Shown here: piece after piece, positions 39,900 through 53,161 of the stretch
How positions within the stretch are numbered: position 1 is the first letter of the stretch
Layout of the letters: the number at the start of each line of letters is the position of its first letter
From: Takakia lepidozioides
Taxonomy: Eukaryota; Plantae; Bryophyta
Direction of reading: 5' to 3'
Assembly: GCA_030704615.1 (NCBI GenBank)
Contig: CM060732.1
Coordinates: 56,978,001 to 57,042,000, forward strand
Length of the DNA: 64,000 nt
Notes under the pieces: model-generated
What the model was told of the DNA's origin: nothing
Database searches by the model: none
Seen by the model: only the letters and a program-made list of their open reading frames with translations
Made by a program: the position numbers and the translations under genes

Positions 39900-42506
39900 G
39901 AATGCTGCTAGTGTTTGGCATCTTGCCTCGCTGGGCAACCGCAACTCCTCCTATGAACGTCACAGGGAGCTGCACACGCTGACCCTCCCTTCACTGCCAT
40001 CCAGGCCTATAGGAAGCTGACTCCTCCCAAAAATCCAGGGTGAAGCCCATAGGGTACAACACTGCCCCACCAACCAGGACATTGTACGAGACCACGTCTG
40101 TCACAATGGCCTTGGCTCACTGAGCCATCTGTAGGGTGATCTGGCCGTAGTCTGATAGCCAACTCACGCCGTGTCATGCCCCGAGCCTGCTCCGATCCTC
40201 CCTCTGTATCTGGAAAGGACAAGGCTCCATATCCGCCTCCGTGAGGCCCAAGCTTGCAATAGCAGCTCTGCCCAGCATCAATGGCTGAGCTCCTGAGTCC
40301 AACAAGACCCGCAGTGGCCGGTACCTCTTGCCTGCCGGTCCACTCAAACAGAAAATGTCATCCTGGTTGTCTAACATGACAACTCCAGGTGTCACCATGG
40401 CGCGCTCAATGGCTGGCCTAGCTGGCAGCTCCATCAACCTAGCAGCTGCAGCTTGCCATGGCGCCGCCGTGGCAGTCTTGATCCTCACATCCGAGGATCC
40501 CTCCAGTACTACACCTCCCACTATCTCCGCAGAAGATGAAGTAACCTCCCCACTCCCACAGAGTATAGCTGCCAGCTTGAACACCTCAGCTGGTCTTACC
40601 CCCGACGTCGCAATCATGGTAGCCGAGAACAATAGAGCCTGACACACAGCTGTGGCCGCCCCCAACAGCACACTACCTTCCGTAGCCTTGGCAACACTAG
40701 GTAGTGGTGCTGCCCGTGTAGCTCTCCCCAATGGCATAGTAACCTCCGCATCGGTAACAGTCGGGCGAGAACTAGGTGCCATGGACAGCGTCGACACTGT
40801 CTCCGCCAATGTGAATAACTGAGGAAGCCTGGCCTGACGGCTTGCCTCCCCACGTTGTGGATCCAACTCTACCTCCGCACCTCGTGGCTCAGGAACTCGT
40901 GTTGCTCCTCGATTCACTACCGCAGCTGACTCCACTTGCACTAGTGGTAGTGCTGCCTTGCATATGAATCCCATGTCTCCCAAGTATCCTCTTTCAGGAG
41001 CAGGAGGTGGACCATCCGGTACCACCTGAGCTGTGGCCATGGCAGCGAGCCTCTGCTCTAGCTGCTGAAGCCGGTTGGCCATGCCTTGGTCACCACCCTG
41101 ACCTCCGTGTCCTTGGCCATGTTGAGCTTGCCCTTGGCTTGCACCTCGTGCCTGGCCACCTCGTCCTCTCTAGGCTGCTCCACCTCACCCCCGGCCACCA
41201 TTGTTCCCTTGGAACTGGCCTGGGCGCAACTCAGGATGCAAACCATAACACTGGGCTTCTCCATGCCCGTACTTGCCACAATGCCCACACTGCAACTGTG
41301 CAGGCTGTGCATGTGCCGACCCTTTGCCTCCCTCTGGGCAATCCTTCTTGACATGGGGTCCTCCACATGTCCAGCATACCACATCCGTCCGTTGTTGGCC
41401 AGCAAATGAAGAGAGAGACCCCTGCATCTGAGGTCCTCTCTGCCCTTCCCTGAGCTTCACATGAGCCCCCTTGTTGCCTTGAGCACGTTGAGGTAGTGAT
41501 TGACTAGGAGCACCACTACCCCGTGGTGTCTCCTTAGCAAATCCCACCATGACCACTCGTTCCTCCACCATGTTGAGCTTTATCCGCTCTGCCAGCAAAA
41601 ACATATTTGCTAAGGTGGGTTGGGCCGCTTGTAGGAGAGTTGCATCCCGCACCTTTCTCCTCAGCTCCTTGTCCAATATCCCATACCAGAATTGGACTGC
41701 CTGAGCTTCCGTAACCCCTTGGGTTACATTTATCAAGCGCCTCATGCGAGTGAAAGCCTCCCTTAAGCTCTCGGTCGGCTTCCGTTGGAACTCTTGCAAG
41801 CTCCGCAACTTCTATGTCATCACCCCTTGGTAGTTCCCTCTCAACTCTTCGAAGAACTCCACAACAGGGTTGAAGGCAGGCACGGGTACTGGTGCTGGTG
41901 CGGTAGTGGCTTGGGTGGACGTCGTAGCTACGGTACCACCAGTCCTACTAGTCCCACTGCTGCTTGCTGAAGCTGCCGGTGCAGCGGCAGATGTAGCCAC
42001 TGCCCTCGTGGCTCTAGTGCCCCTAGTGATGGAGACATAGTCGGGTGACCAGTACATCATCCACTCCTCGATCTCAACCTCATGCCCCCGCCTGAACTCA
42101 TGGTAATCATCCATAGGCGGCCCCTCAAGGTGCTGAAACAGCCCCTTCCATGCCATGAAAGGCGTAAATAGTTGTGGATTGCGCATTTGCTGCAAATCAC
42201 ACCAACTATCAAACTCTTGGATAAAATCATCCAACTCGATGGTGCCCACTGCCCCAGAGTACCTTCGTGGCCCCTTGGTAGCTCCATACATCTCCTCCAT
42301 TGTGTCCCACAACAATGGCAAGGAAACAACTTGCATCGCCGGTATGAGTCCTCCTGATTCACAATCCGAATGAGAACCTTCCGTAGAAGACACAAGAGGT
42401 GAAGGTGGCCTAAACTGCACACCCGTCTTGTGTACCCACTAGTATCATTAGTGCTCGAACCGGCACTGTCCCCAACAACTAGTGGCACCTCCGTGTTGAC
42501 ACTCAA
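39900..42506 (-). pseudogene. gag (two CCHC-type knuckles) and aspartic protease of copy 2
   Basis: YSGAVGTIELDDFIQEFDSW; FQRKPTESLREAFTRM; CWTCGGPHVKKDC and CGHCGKYGHGEAQC; protease LLDSGAQPL (DSG at 40291-40299). Confidence 0.88.
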
Positions 42507-43169
42507 CCGGTCATGAACATGTCCCTAACCCCCTCTCCACAAGGTAACCGGGTAGAGAACCTGTTGCGGCTTATGGTTTGGAATACTAAGTTCCTAACAT
42601 AGCCTACACCTGTACTTGCATCCACCACAAGCACTCCTATGGTTGGCTGGTCATCACCTCCAACCTCACCACAGGAGAAACAATGATGGTCTGGCTGGTC
42701 ATCACCCCAGCCTCACCATCGACAACATGCTCTAGGACTGGCCGGTGATCAAATCTGGACCGATCACCTATAAAAACAAGCGCCCACACAAAACTAGCAT
42801 GGCGCATAGTCAAGCATGCAGGTATGGAGGGGATCCAAACACAAGAAATCAGAACGACAACTCCCCCACACCAAAAACAACTCCACGGTGTTGCTCCTGC
42901 AAGGACACCCCAGCCCAAACCCGGACTGACTCTTGCCTCCACCTACGGAAAGGTCTTGGCCTAATGAGAGGGTGGAAACTACGAGGAAGAGAAGCTAAAG
43001 CAATGCCTAACCCCAGCATGCCCTCATCCCAACACTCTTCCTCTCCTCCCTTCCCTCACTTGCATGACCATAGGAATATCATGAAGATACTCCTAAAACC
43101 GCCCTCCACGAGCTTCAAAATTCGGCTTTCAAGACCACATGCCAGTCCTTAGGCAGTCCACCAGTGCCT

Positions 43170-43710
43170 CCACGAGTCAGCACAGGCCGTCCACAGGTCA
43201 ACACGGGCCACCACAGACCAGCACAGGCCCACACAGATCACTGGTCACAGCCGTCACAGCCCCACACAGGCCACAACCCCTCACAACCCCAAAGGCCACA
43301 TGTCACAGCCTGTCACAGCCCTACAAAGGTCACAGGGTCACAGCCCCTCACAGCCCCATAGGCCATAGGGCACAGCCTGTCACAGCCCCTCACTGCCTGT
43401 CACAGCCCCACAGGCCGCAGGGCACAGCCCGTCACAACCCTACACAGGTCACAGGGGTCACAGCCCCAAAGGCCACAGCCCCCCACAGCCCGTCACAGCC
43501 CCTCACAGCCCCTCACAGCCCCACAGGCCACTAGGCACAGCCTGTCACAGCCTGTCACAACCCGTCATAGCCCGTCACAGCCCCACAGGCCACATGGCAC
43601 AGCCTGTCACAGCCCTACACAGGTCACAGGGCACAGCTTGTCACAGCCCACCACAGCCTGTCACAGCCCATCACAGCCTGTCACAGCCCGTTACAGCCCC
43701 ACAGGCCACT
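43170..43710 (-). repeat. Same minisatellite in the leader of copy 2
   Basis: TCACAGCCC units; shorter array than 35585-36235. Confidence 0.9.
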
Positions 43711-45090
43711 CATGACAGTTTAGCCATTTCTCCAAGGGGTTTAGCCACGCCAAGCTAGGGTTTGTGTCTCTTGGACTCTAGGCTACTTTGCACCGAGCTA
43801 TGGCGGCTGTGAAGAAATCAGCAAGGTATTCTTGCTCTTTCGGCTCCCACACACCACCAATAGTAGCCCTAAGCCATGAGGAAGATGGTTGCCACAAACC
43901 AAGCCTTCTTTCTCACTTAGACTCCCCAAACACGCCACTAAACTCAATGGCAAACAACCAAGCCTTGTTGGTTTCCAGCCCTTGTGAGCACTCATTCAAA
44001 CGTTTCCCTTAGCCATAGCATCTGTCTTAGAGCCTATTCCAACCCCCTACACCTGCCACTTCAAGAGCCATGCTCTATCTAGGCTTGAGGTTGAAACCCC
44101 AACTCAGAACACGCTCTACAAGTGTCGGACTGTCATATAAGAGCAGATCAGCCCCTTACCTTCTCTTCTAGTTCTCTAAAGCTTGAAAACAAAAGCCCAA
44201 TGGACTGAAGGCATGCTCCACACATGCCCCACTCTCACCACCAGAGAATCAGCCCATTTGTTTTCTTTCTTGCACCCACCAACCTGAAAATACACGCTTC
44301 AGCGGGCTGGAAGCATGCTCCACACATGCCCTATAGGGAAACCAGCCCCTTCCTTCCTTTCTTGCACTCCCAAACCTGAAAGTACAAGCTTTCAACAGGC
44401 TGAAAGCATGCTCCACACATGCATTGCTCTCACATAAGGGAAGTCAGCCCTTCTCTCTTCCTTGCTTGCCCTCCAAGCTTGAAGATGGAAGCTTCAATGA
44501 GCTGAATACATGCTCCACACATGCAACCTCTTCACACAAGAGGTGTCAGCCCCCTATCTTGGCTCCTTAGCTTCTTGATGCTCTCTAAGACAAGACTAAG
44601 CACTCCACAACCCTTGCTAAGCTCCTGAAACCCTAAGGTTACATTTCCAGCCGCAAGACACTCATCTTGTGGTGCAAGAGCTCTTCTTCCAAGCTCTGAA
44701 ACCCTAGATGCACATTCCATGGCCTTGCCGCACCTCTTTGCTCCTGTTATAGCCCTGCTCTTGCCATGACAAGAGCCCTCTCAATGCTGAAGCTCGAGAT
44801 TGAAACCCAATGTCAACATACTCCACAAAGTGCACTGATTTGCCCCAAGCCAAATCAACCCTTTCGCTTGGTCTTGCAATCCTGCAGCATGGTGCTTTCA
44901 TCTCTGAAGCTGAAGATCGAATGCCAAGGTCTACCACCTCGTAACCCACATCGCCTCCGCTTCTAACAACCAAGAGCTCCACGGTGCTCTTTGCATAACA
45001 ACCTAGTTTCTCTCATTCTCAAGCAAAAACCACAAGTGCTACAACTAACTCATATCTGGCACTCACAGATACGAGCTTCTATTTCTTGAG

Positions 45091-45417
45091 TGATAAAGAA
45101 GAAGAATACAAGCACAAGCTCATGCGAGCTCACAAAGCTGAAGCATAAACTCATGCATATATAGCCTCATCACTCAAATACAAGTCAAGCCAAGTGCACC
45201 CCACGCCATGGGGAATCCACACTATAGCGCCATAGCTAGGCGCGGTGAGGCTCAACTCGAGAAAGATGAGCCTCCCGCGCTTGCCGTGAAGATAACCACT
45301 CCAGGGCCTACATCTGCCTTGACCCCTGGATTGACACTTGGGCCAATCCCAAATATCAATATGTAAAAGCTAGCTATTTCCTAGCTAGTTTCACACTAGT
45401 GGTAAAATAACTTGACA
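45091..45417 (-). repeat. 5' terminal repeat B of copy 2
   Basis: TGTCAAG...TTTATCA, 327 bp; not followed or preceded by A. Confidence 0.9.
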
Positions 45418-47749
45418 TCCATTTTCTCTCATGATCAGAAACCTTTGCTACCAAGTATAAGAGATACTTCTGCTAGAGAGGCCATACCAGAAGGACAGAA
45501 TGCAGAGCTACACCACATGACAATGTCGGATAATTATGACTGTTTGGATTGTTCTACATGTGCCTCTGTTCCGAACTAAACCCTTACTTTCTTCAAAGTA
45601 CTGTATCTTGTAGTTACATTGAAGATTTTTCCATCTTTCAAGGATAGCTACATGATCATTTGCATCTATAGGACGTCTATGACTAGGTGGTCGAATATTG
45701 GGATCAACTTCACGAATACTTTCGAACGTTGGAAAAACATTAGCCTCTAGACACTCAATCATGAGACTTCTACTTTCAAATGTAAATTGAACAAATTTTG
45801 GAAAATTCTCTATCTTTATATTCCCAAAAATACGTAGAGAAAGATCGTCATCAATGGCACATGGTTCCATATAATTGTCAATATTGAAAAATCCACATGG
45901 CTCTTCGTGTTCGTCAAATTTGGATTCGGTTTTTTGTCTGCAGTCCACCGCCAATATCCAACTCAAGATCCAAAAGCTGAAAATATGCTTTATCAAAAAG
46001 GAGATGTGAATGACGCTGACCATGTATAGGTGTACTTTCAAAAGTCTCATCCAATCTTGCGGTGTAATTTCAGTTCATTCTCAAAGTCGGAGAGATAAAT
46101 GAATGCATCGTTTGAAAGATCGTCGTCATCTTCCATCTTGACTCCATAAACCCTACATCCTAAACCCTACATTCATTTACAAAAGTAGTGTATGATGAGA
46201 TAATAAAGGCCTGACAATACAAATGCCTAAGAGAAAATTGTAATATATCTATGTATCTCAAATGCAAAGAAGAAAGCAAAATGATGGTTGTAGCTATGAG
46301 ACTAAGCTATGAGACTAGAGTGACATATAATATTCACATCACAAATGTTTGGAAGATGCAAAGAATAGTACACAAATTTCAATGGAAATGACGGTTATTC
46401 AGAAGACTACACAAACGAGGTAAAAGTATATCCAAAACAAAAGTAGGGTTTTAGTTTCGTAATAGAATAACATCTAGCATTGAGATGACAAGTACTTAAA
46501 ATAGAAAAGCAAAACAAAATGAACCAACAAGAGCCCATATGTGATTAGGTTACACATGTATGAACTTCATCCACATCAAATGTATGGATGACAATATTTA
46601 GGAAAAGATTGTAATATCACGTATTTTTTTAAAATATTTCCATGTTTTTTTTCATTATATTTCCATATAATATATGAAAAGTAGACCATGAAGATAAAAG
46701 AAATAAGATGGTTTTCCATATTAAATTGGGATTTTACATAAATTATTACTATTTTCCATTTTTATATAAAATATATAATTTTATATGTGCATAGTTCTAT
46801 TTTTCCGAAAAAATATTTGATTTATTTCTGATTTTTCGTACTTCTGTTTTTTCATTGAACATGTGAATTAAAGCATGTTAAAGCTGTCATATACTCTAAT
46901 CATTAGTGTATGGCAAAACTAGTGGGTTGTGATAATGGTGGTTGCAGCCACCATCTACTAAGTTGATAATGCGCGCATCAAAATTCCATGGTCTAGCAGA
47001 GTTAAAAGGCCACAAAAGACCATAAACGCCTTGAGAATCAGTAGAGAAACCGAAGCCTGAGGCCACGTCAGCTATCCCGGGTAAGATGAGGAAAAAAACG
47101 ACAGAACTGACTAGGGGAGCATCCTTTCCCTATGGGGTGGACCCGATATTAGGAGCTAAGAGAAGGAGAGGGGAGAGTGAGTTGGAGACTCCAAGACAAC
47201 TTATTATCTGGTCCAAGGAAAAGAAGAAGTTGTCACCTCAAATGTGTGAAACAGCAACAACACATAGTGTGCCCATCAAACAGAGAGTGGGGAGATGCTA
47301 GATTGTGAACCTAGAAACGTGAGCATGTGAGCCCGTGACCCTAGCATGGGCTTATGTAAGCCCATGATTATGTTTGTTTGTGAGCCTATTACTACAGGAG
47401 ACAGACCTATCAACGCGAGATTTTTGTCCACCTCCATCATTTGTGTCAAAATCGTCTAGACTTTACAAAGCCTTGATCTTACAACAGGTTTTATTCATTT
47501 TCACAATACAAGCTTCAGGTTCAGCTCCATTGGAGCTCCTCGGATTCGATCCTTGACGATCGCAATTCCAATTCCACATTTATATTTGATGCAGCCTATG
47601 AAAATCGGGACCGCAAACGCCGACGGTTCCGATTATCCCATTCAATTTTCAAACATTTGGAGCAATTTGTAAATATTAATTGGGGACCTCTTGATTTGTT
47701 CAAAATATTATTTAAAATTATGTTGGCGAGCATTTGTTTTACAAAAACT

Positions 47750-48235
47750 AGGATAGCCTGTGCCGTTGGCCCAAGTGTCAAGTGTCATCTAAGCTCAAGT
47801 GCACTCTCCTATGTATGCAAGTGCGTCTCCTATATTGAGGCCCAAGTGCGACCTCTAGGGTAGCCTCTGCTGTTGGCCCAAAGGTCCAATGTCATCTAAG
47901 TCCAAATGCATTTTTTTTCCACAGAGCATACAACCAGATTTGAACTGGAGACATTTCCTTTGATATCTCTCCTCTCGAGGCTCCAACCATTGTCCCAGGA
48001 ATTCCCACTTTGCTATTTTTTCGGGAATTTCTAGGCTCCAGCGACCCAAAGTACTTGAAATTCCACATCTCCCACACCGCCGGTCCAAAATCATGAGACC
48101 AAGCCCATGCACCCCTCCTTGTCGAGGGCTTTCCAACGGTACTAAGCACTAGGGCTGGGCCCGCGGTTGAGGACATCTCAAATCTACAAAACAAACAAAC
48201 AAAACAAAACAAACATCTCGATTCATATATTGATC
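47750..48235 (+). repeat. Dispersed copy of the repeat family seen at about 22250-23570
   Basis: Shares the GTTGGCCCA...CCAAGTGC units and the block CCACATCTCCCACACCGC...ATCATGAGACCAAG...CCCTCCT..TCGAGGGCTTT...CATATATTGAT with 23420-23570. Confidence 0.75.
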
Positions 48236-49285
48236 TTAAAATATTTATTTTGAGTAATGTTTTCACTGGCTACTTACGAGTTTTCAAGATTAACTACGTA
48301 AAATATATATATATTTTTATAAAAAAAACACTATACGGAGTAAAAATCAGTTTTTAAAGTGACGTGACTTCCGACGTGACGCTGACATGTTCACGCCATG
48401 TCACGTCTTTTTGTGCAACTATATCCCACGGTATGACAGAAATTTTGTTTTAGGCCATCATCATCCCCAATGTGCTCAATGATCCATTTACAGGCCCAAG
48501 TATGGTCTTTAACCAAGAAAGAAAATCAAAATACCATGCTAAGCCACTCTTTATGTCTAACTCTCGATTGGCTTCATATTGAGAGATAATACTTCTTGCG
48601 AATCAGACATATGGGCAATCGACTCATTCCATATGTCCGGCGGGATCATCCAACTGACTCCATCCGAGAGTGAGTAAATGCAGTAATAAGGGACAAATGG
48701 TAACTGCAAAGAGCTCCCAGGACTTGTGTGTTGGTAGATAGAGTTCATATGTTTGCTTGTTGAGCTCAGAATGATATAGAGACCATATGGGGGAGAAACA
48801 AAATGGACAAGGGGCGTCAATGCCTATCAGAATTAGCACTCACTCATAAGCTTGGGAAAGACACCCAACTTGTCTACGAGTGCTCCGCCGTGAATTACAA
48901 GGGATGAGAGAATGGGGAGAAAGCGTTAGGACTTGATAGTTGAAAGATAGGGAAGGGATGAATTCCATAATGGCATGCAGAGTAATAGGACTTGAAGCCG
49001 AGGCGGCTAGCATGCATACTACAGTGCGAGCTGGCTTCGTACCACCATTGCGAGATGAGGATCCAAGGCAAAATGCGTCTAAGTCCCAATCCCACAGAGA
49101 GCGGAAATCATTGCGCCCCTCCACCTTGCAGCTTTTTAGTTACATTTGCTTCTGAGAGAGAAACACTCGGTAGACTTTATTGTTTCTTTAGCCACTGCTC
49201 TCATAGATGAGGCCTCATACAAATTAACGTCTTGCTCGAGCAAAGACCATTTAGGCATCCATGATTTGGACCCAGAATCACCTAG

Positions 49286-49288
<3 letters not shown>

Positions 49289-49341
<53 letters not shown>

Positions 49342-50092
49342 CCTCCCCAAGGAAACGTAAATTATGGTGTCTCTTTACCCCAAAGGGTTGTTGTCTTCCA
49401 ACAGGAAGGTAGACATCTTTGTGACACCAATTGGTGGATTGAATCCACAACCACTTCTGAGGTGGTATGGGGGATTGGTACTACGTGAGCACAAAAAAAT
49501 CGCCACGTGAGCAGGATCCACGGTTATAGGGTGATATATATGTCAGCAGAAATACATATAGTAGATGGACATAGGGTCTCTCTCTGTTAATAGGGTCTCC
49601 ATGGTGTCTAAATATAATTTTAAATATATAGAAGAAGCTTGAAAAGGAGAAACCTTTAGAAAAAACCAAAAACCAAAACCAAACCCCAATTTCGCTGGCT
49701 GGCCAAGCCTAAGTTTCGCTGGTGAAAATACAAGTTTCGTTGGTAAAAACTGTTTGCGTTTCGTTGGCTAAACCTATTTTTTGGGTGGTTCTTGGGGATG
49801 TTCTACACACAATGTTACCAAATGCCACATTGTTTACGTGCGCTGATCTTTAAGTTTGGGCAAATATATTTGTGGGTTTTTGTGCTCACGCGAGTTAAGC
49901 TTTGGACGATTGATTTCATGATTTTTTTCGCGTGAGCACGGTTTTCAGATAATTTCGTATTTCTTATCGCGTGAGCGCATTTTGGTTTCGCAATTGCATA
50001 TTCTCCAAAATTATTAGCTCACAACATGCTCACATGCTACCCAACCTCGGTGGTATGGGCCCATTACCTCCTAGCTACAACTTGGTTGTCCC
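49289..50092 (-). mobile_element. tRNA-derived SINE ending in (AT)n, split by a MITE
   Basis: Head at 50049-50092 and body at 49340-49468 align contiguously with 30635-30730; (AT)n at 49289-49338. Confidence 0.65.
49469..50048. mobile_element. hAT-like MITE (580 bp)
   Basis: 8-bp TSD GGTGGTAT (49461-49468, 50049-50056); imperfect TIRs GGATTGGTACTACGTGAGC / GCTCACATGCTACCCAACC; repeated CGTGAGC subterminal motifs. Confidence 0.65.
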
Positions 50093-51853
50093 TAGGTGAT
50101 AAATCTTGCTTGGGTTCCTCCCAAAACTAAGTTAGATTCTCACTTGTTGGCCCTGCCCGACAGGGTAGGGACTACACATCGAGTTGGCCCAAGTGACCTT
50201 AACCTTATATCATGGGTTTTTCCCATGAGACTTAATGGGAACATGAAAGTTTTTAGTTCCCAGGTAGGCACATGTTACACACATTTCTTTATTGACCCTG
50301 CCAGACAGGGTAGGGAGTAGGGACTGCGCATCAAGTTCAACAAAATGCCCTTAACCTTATCCCATGAGACTTAATGGGAACATGAAAGTTTTTAGTTCCC
50401 AGTTGGGCACATGTTACACTTCATATCAATAAAACAATGGCAGGGCCTCCGTGTATCTCACACCTTGTTTTTTTCCTGATCACACATTTTGGCGCACATG
50501 GATGAATAAGATCCCTATTGGGTCCTTGATTCTGTTTCCAGCTGTGAAAGCGCCATGGGCCAGTTAATCTGTCCGCCACCTTTGTGCTCTGCACCTGAAA
50601 ATGTGTTTTGTCATACTTGTAAAACGGATGAAAGAGTGATTTGAGGGTTGACCAAATTACGTCACTTCAATCTCGAATCCTGTAAAAGTTACCTCCCGTC
50701 GAGGACCGAGTCTTTCACTTACGTAAGTAAAGGGATGGTTATTTTGTCGGTGCACGTCAATTGGTCAAATGCTTCTTTACGATAGGAAGAATATCTCAAG
50801 TAATCTATACAGTGCAAATCAAAGAATGCATTTTCAAATATATATATATATATATATATATAATTTCAAATATATGATTCCTGAAGAAATTCCTCAATCA
50901 TTAGATAGAGAATTGCTTAGAAGTATCTTATTAGTAGATATGTTTTTGTTATTATTATTTTTTTCAATAAAGGAAACCTGGGAGCGACAGCCCCAATTCA
51001 GGCCCTTGAGGAGGGGGAAAAATTAACCCCCTTTGTTATTATTGTTATTAATATTTTTGCTTTGATTTTGTGGACGGTGGTATAGTAAGGACCCTGAAAA
51101 TTTAGGGTTCCCCCATGGTTTGAGGAAAGGGGCCCGGTGCCGCTACTTTGTCCAAATGGCAGGTGTCTGAGTGTAAGTGGAGATCACCAACCCCAACCCC
51201 ATTTGCAGCTGTCGCTTTGCACAGCACAACTGGCACCCAGCTAATACTTTCTCCAACTCCATAATACCTGGCGCTTGACCCCAAATTTAAACTCCAATTG
51301 GATTGCTAAAATGGGGGCTAACAACAATAATTGGGCCAGCGCGCACCCTGCCTAAATTGGGTGTAGCGACACAGTTGACTCGGTAAAGAGAGGGGCCTAA
51401 ATAATACTCCCTGCTTCATCGCTTCAACCAAACCCTAACTCCCTGCAATACAACTTTCCAAGGATAATTGGACGAAAAGTAGATGAGTGCAGCAACATAA
51501 CGGCTTTTCTGTTGACGGGTGTGGGTGGCCGGCGCTCATGGTGGCCGTTACGGGCGGCCACGCGCCCTGTGACCGTGTCCGGCGGCAATGGTTGCACTGG
51601 CAGTAGGCGGTGGAGGCTGTCTCTACTGCTGTGCAGGTTGGGGTCTGAACTGGCACGCGGCGGAGATGCGCTGTGGACGCGTGTCGGGAACGCCAGTCGG
51701 GCGATCCGTGTGAGTGTGACGGTGGTGCTTTGGGAAGGTTTTCACGGACGCTGCCCGAAGATAAAGAAGAGACAAAACAACCAAAACTAGATCTATTAAA
51801 CATTTTGTTTTGTTTTTTGTTTTTTTTTTCAAAAGGGAAACACCTGGGACCGA

Positions 51854-52346
51854 TGTAATGGCCAGATTCCCTCCCCTCGCTTTTTCAACATTTGGAGAAT
51901 GAACTATGAAAAGTATGGATGATGGCCGTTGGGGAAAGTATGGATGAACCCCACTGACAGTCCTATTTATAAACAGGAAGAGTCTTATGCTAACAGCTAC
52001 TTTATCTCTAAGCTAGAAGAGGTGGCATCCCAGCTGGATGGGCACCTGGCTGAAATCCAAGCAGCCAATCAGGACTGGACATTCTGTTAAGATAAGATCA
52101 TAGACCCTCGTTTATAAAAAGGATCAGCACGGTGTTTAGGGTGGCTGATGTTCATTGGAAAAGTGTGCTATCTGTGTACGGTATGATGGATGTGTGAATG
52201 CTTGGATGAGTCATAATCGTAAGGAGGGCATCCCAAGCCTCTGCACAATATCCCTTCTTCCTCGCACGCTAGTTCTGCCGAGCTAACATCCCCCTGCTTA
52301 GCATGAACTGGTAGAGGAGGGGAATAACCCCGGTAATGCAGAATCT
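51854..52346 (+). repeat. 5' LTR segment B (lacks terminal CA)
   Basis: Direct repeat of 59674-60137; ends GCAGAATCT directly against the PBS. Confidence 0.9.
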
Positions 52347-52362
52347 TGGTGGAGACGGGGGG
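52347..52362 (+). other. Primer binding site, probably tRNA-Ala
   Basis: TGGTGGAGA is complementary to the ...UCUCCACCA 3' end of tRNA-Ala. Confidence 0.65.
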
Positions 52363-52580
52363 CAAGATTGCGCTCATCATCACCTGCACATTCCCTCGTA
52401 CGTCAGGTAGAAGTACGCTGACACCGTTACCATGGCGGCGCTCCACTGTTTGCACCTGTGTTTTTGCTCGTCTCTTGCTATCATTGTGTTTGCTCGTGTT
52501 CGTGTAGCTTGTAGCAATGGCTTCCTCATCGTATCCTCAAACTGAAGAAGAAGCGTACAGGGAAACCCCTGCTGGTCACT

Positions 52581-53102
52581 TTGAGTCCATTTTCGCCAGC
52601 ATTGATCGTGCCTCCGTTGATCCCAGTTGAGGTTGATTATCCGCCGCTTGGAGCTCCGATTGAACGCCCCGAGCTGGTTCTGGACACACCATCTGACCAC
52701 TGGGTGGCTCACTTTGAATTGACGGCCACGTTGGAGGGCCTCAAACCTACAACTACACCTGAGGAAGAAGCAGAACAACGCCGCAAGTGTATCCAGGCGT
52801 TTGAAGGAGCACGAGCTGCCATGGCTCTGCAGCGACTCTTTGCTGCAGAATTAGTGCGCAAGCTTCCTTTGGGTGTGGCCAAGGATCGTTTGTTGAAAGG
52901 TTGGCGGCTATTGTGGGCTGAGCTGGGCATTCCCCAATTCACTGTTGCTGTAGAGGTATCGGGTGAGTGTGACAGTTTTCTCCCGCCCCATCTGCCAAGT
53001 CCGCATCGTTTGTGGGAGCTGGTGAAGGGTGGTAGCTCTTTGGTGTTGGCCAATTTGAGGCCTACCTTGCAACCAAACCACAATGTGGACTTCATGCATT
53101 AA
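52581..53102 (+). CDS. Extra ORF upstream of gag, unknown function
   Basis: 173 open codons inside the element between PBS and gag; no recognisable motif; start codon uncertain. Confidence 0.4.
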   Translation: MSPFSPALIVPPLIPVEVDYPPLGAPIERPELVLDTPSDHWVAHFELTATLEGLKPTTTPEEEAEQRRKCIQAFEGARAAMALQRLFAAELVRKLPLGVAKDRLLKGWRLLWAELGIPQFTVAVEVSGECDSFLPPHLPSPHRLWELVKGGSSLVLANLRPTLQPNHNVDFMH

Positions 53103-53161
53103 AAAAAAAATGGAAAAAAAAAATGTTGCATTCGCTTTTTATTGTAGAACTCTCTATCTCC

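Larger units (their letters stand above)
33494..45417 (-). mobile_element. Ty3/Gypsy DNMT3/PHD family, copy 2 (rearranged), 4-bp TSD TCCA
   Basis: On the minus strand it begins TGTCAAG (45417) and ends CACGACA (33494). TCCA at 33490-33493 and 45418-45421. Order: B, leader, gag, PR, DNMT, partial RT, partial IN, inverted 5' copy, partial B, A. Confidence 0.92.

Noticed and set aside
33494-45417. DIRS/PAT/Ngaro tyrosine-recombinase element, suggested by the split repeats and methyltransferase
   Set aside because: It has an aspartic protease, a DDE integrase, TG...CA ends and a TSD. No tyrosine recombinase was seen, and the MTase is C5-type, not the adenine-type found in DIRS.
46925-47650. Possible solo LTR
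   Set aside because: Composition is LTR-like, but I found no confident TG...CA pair with TSD and no second copy in the window.
49136-49488. ORFs with YIYIYI runs
   Set aside because: Artefacts of the (AT)n microsatellite.
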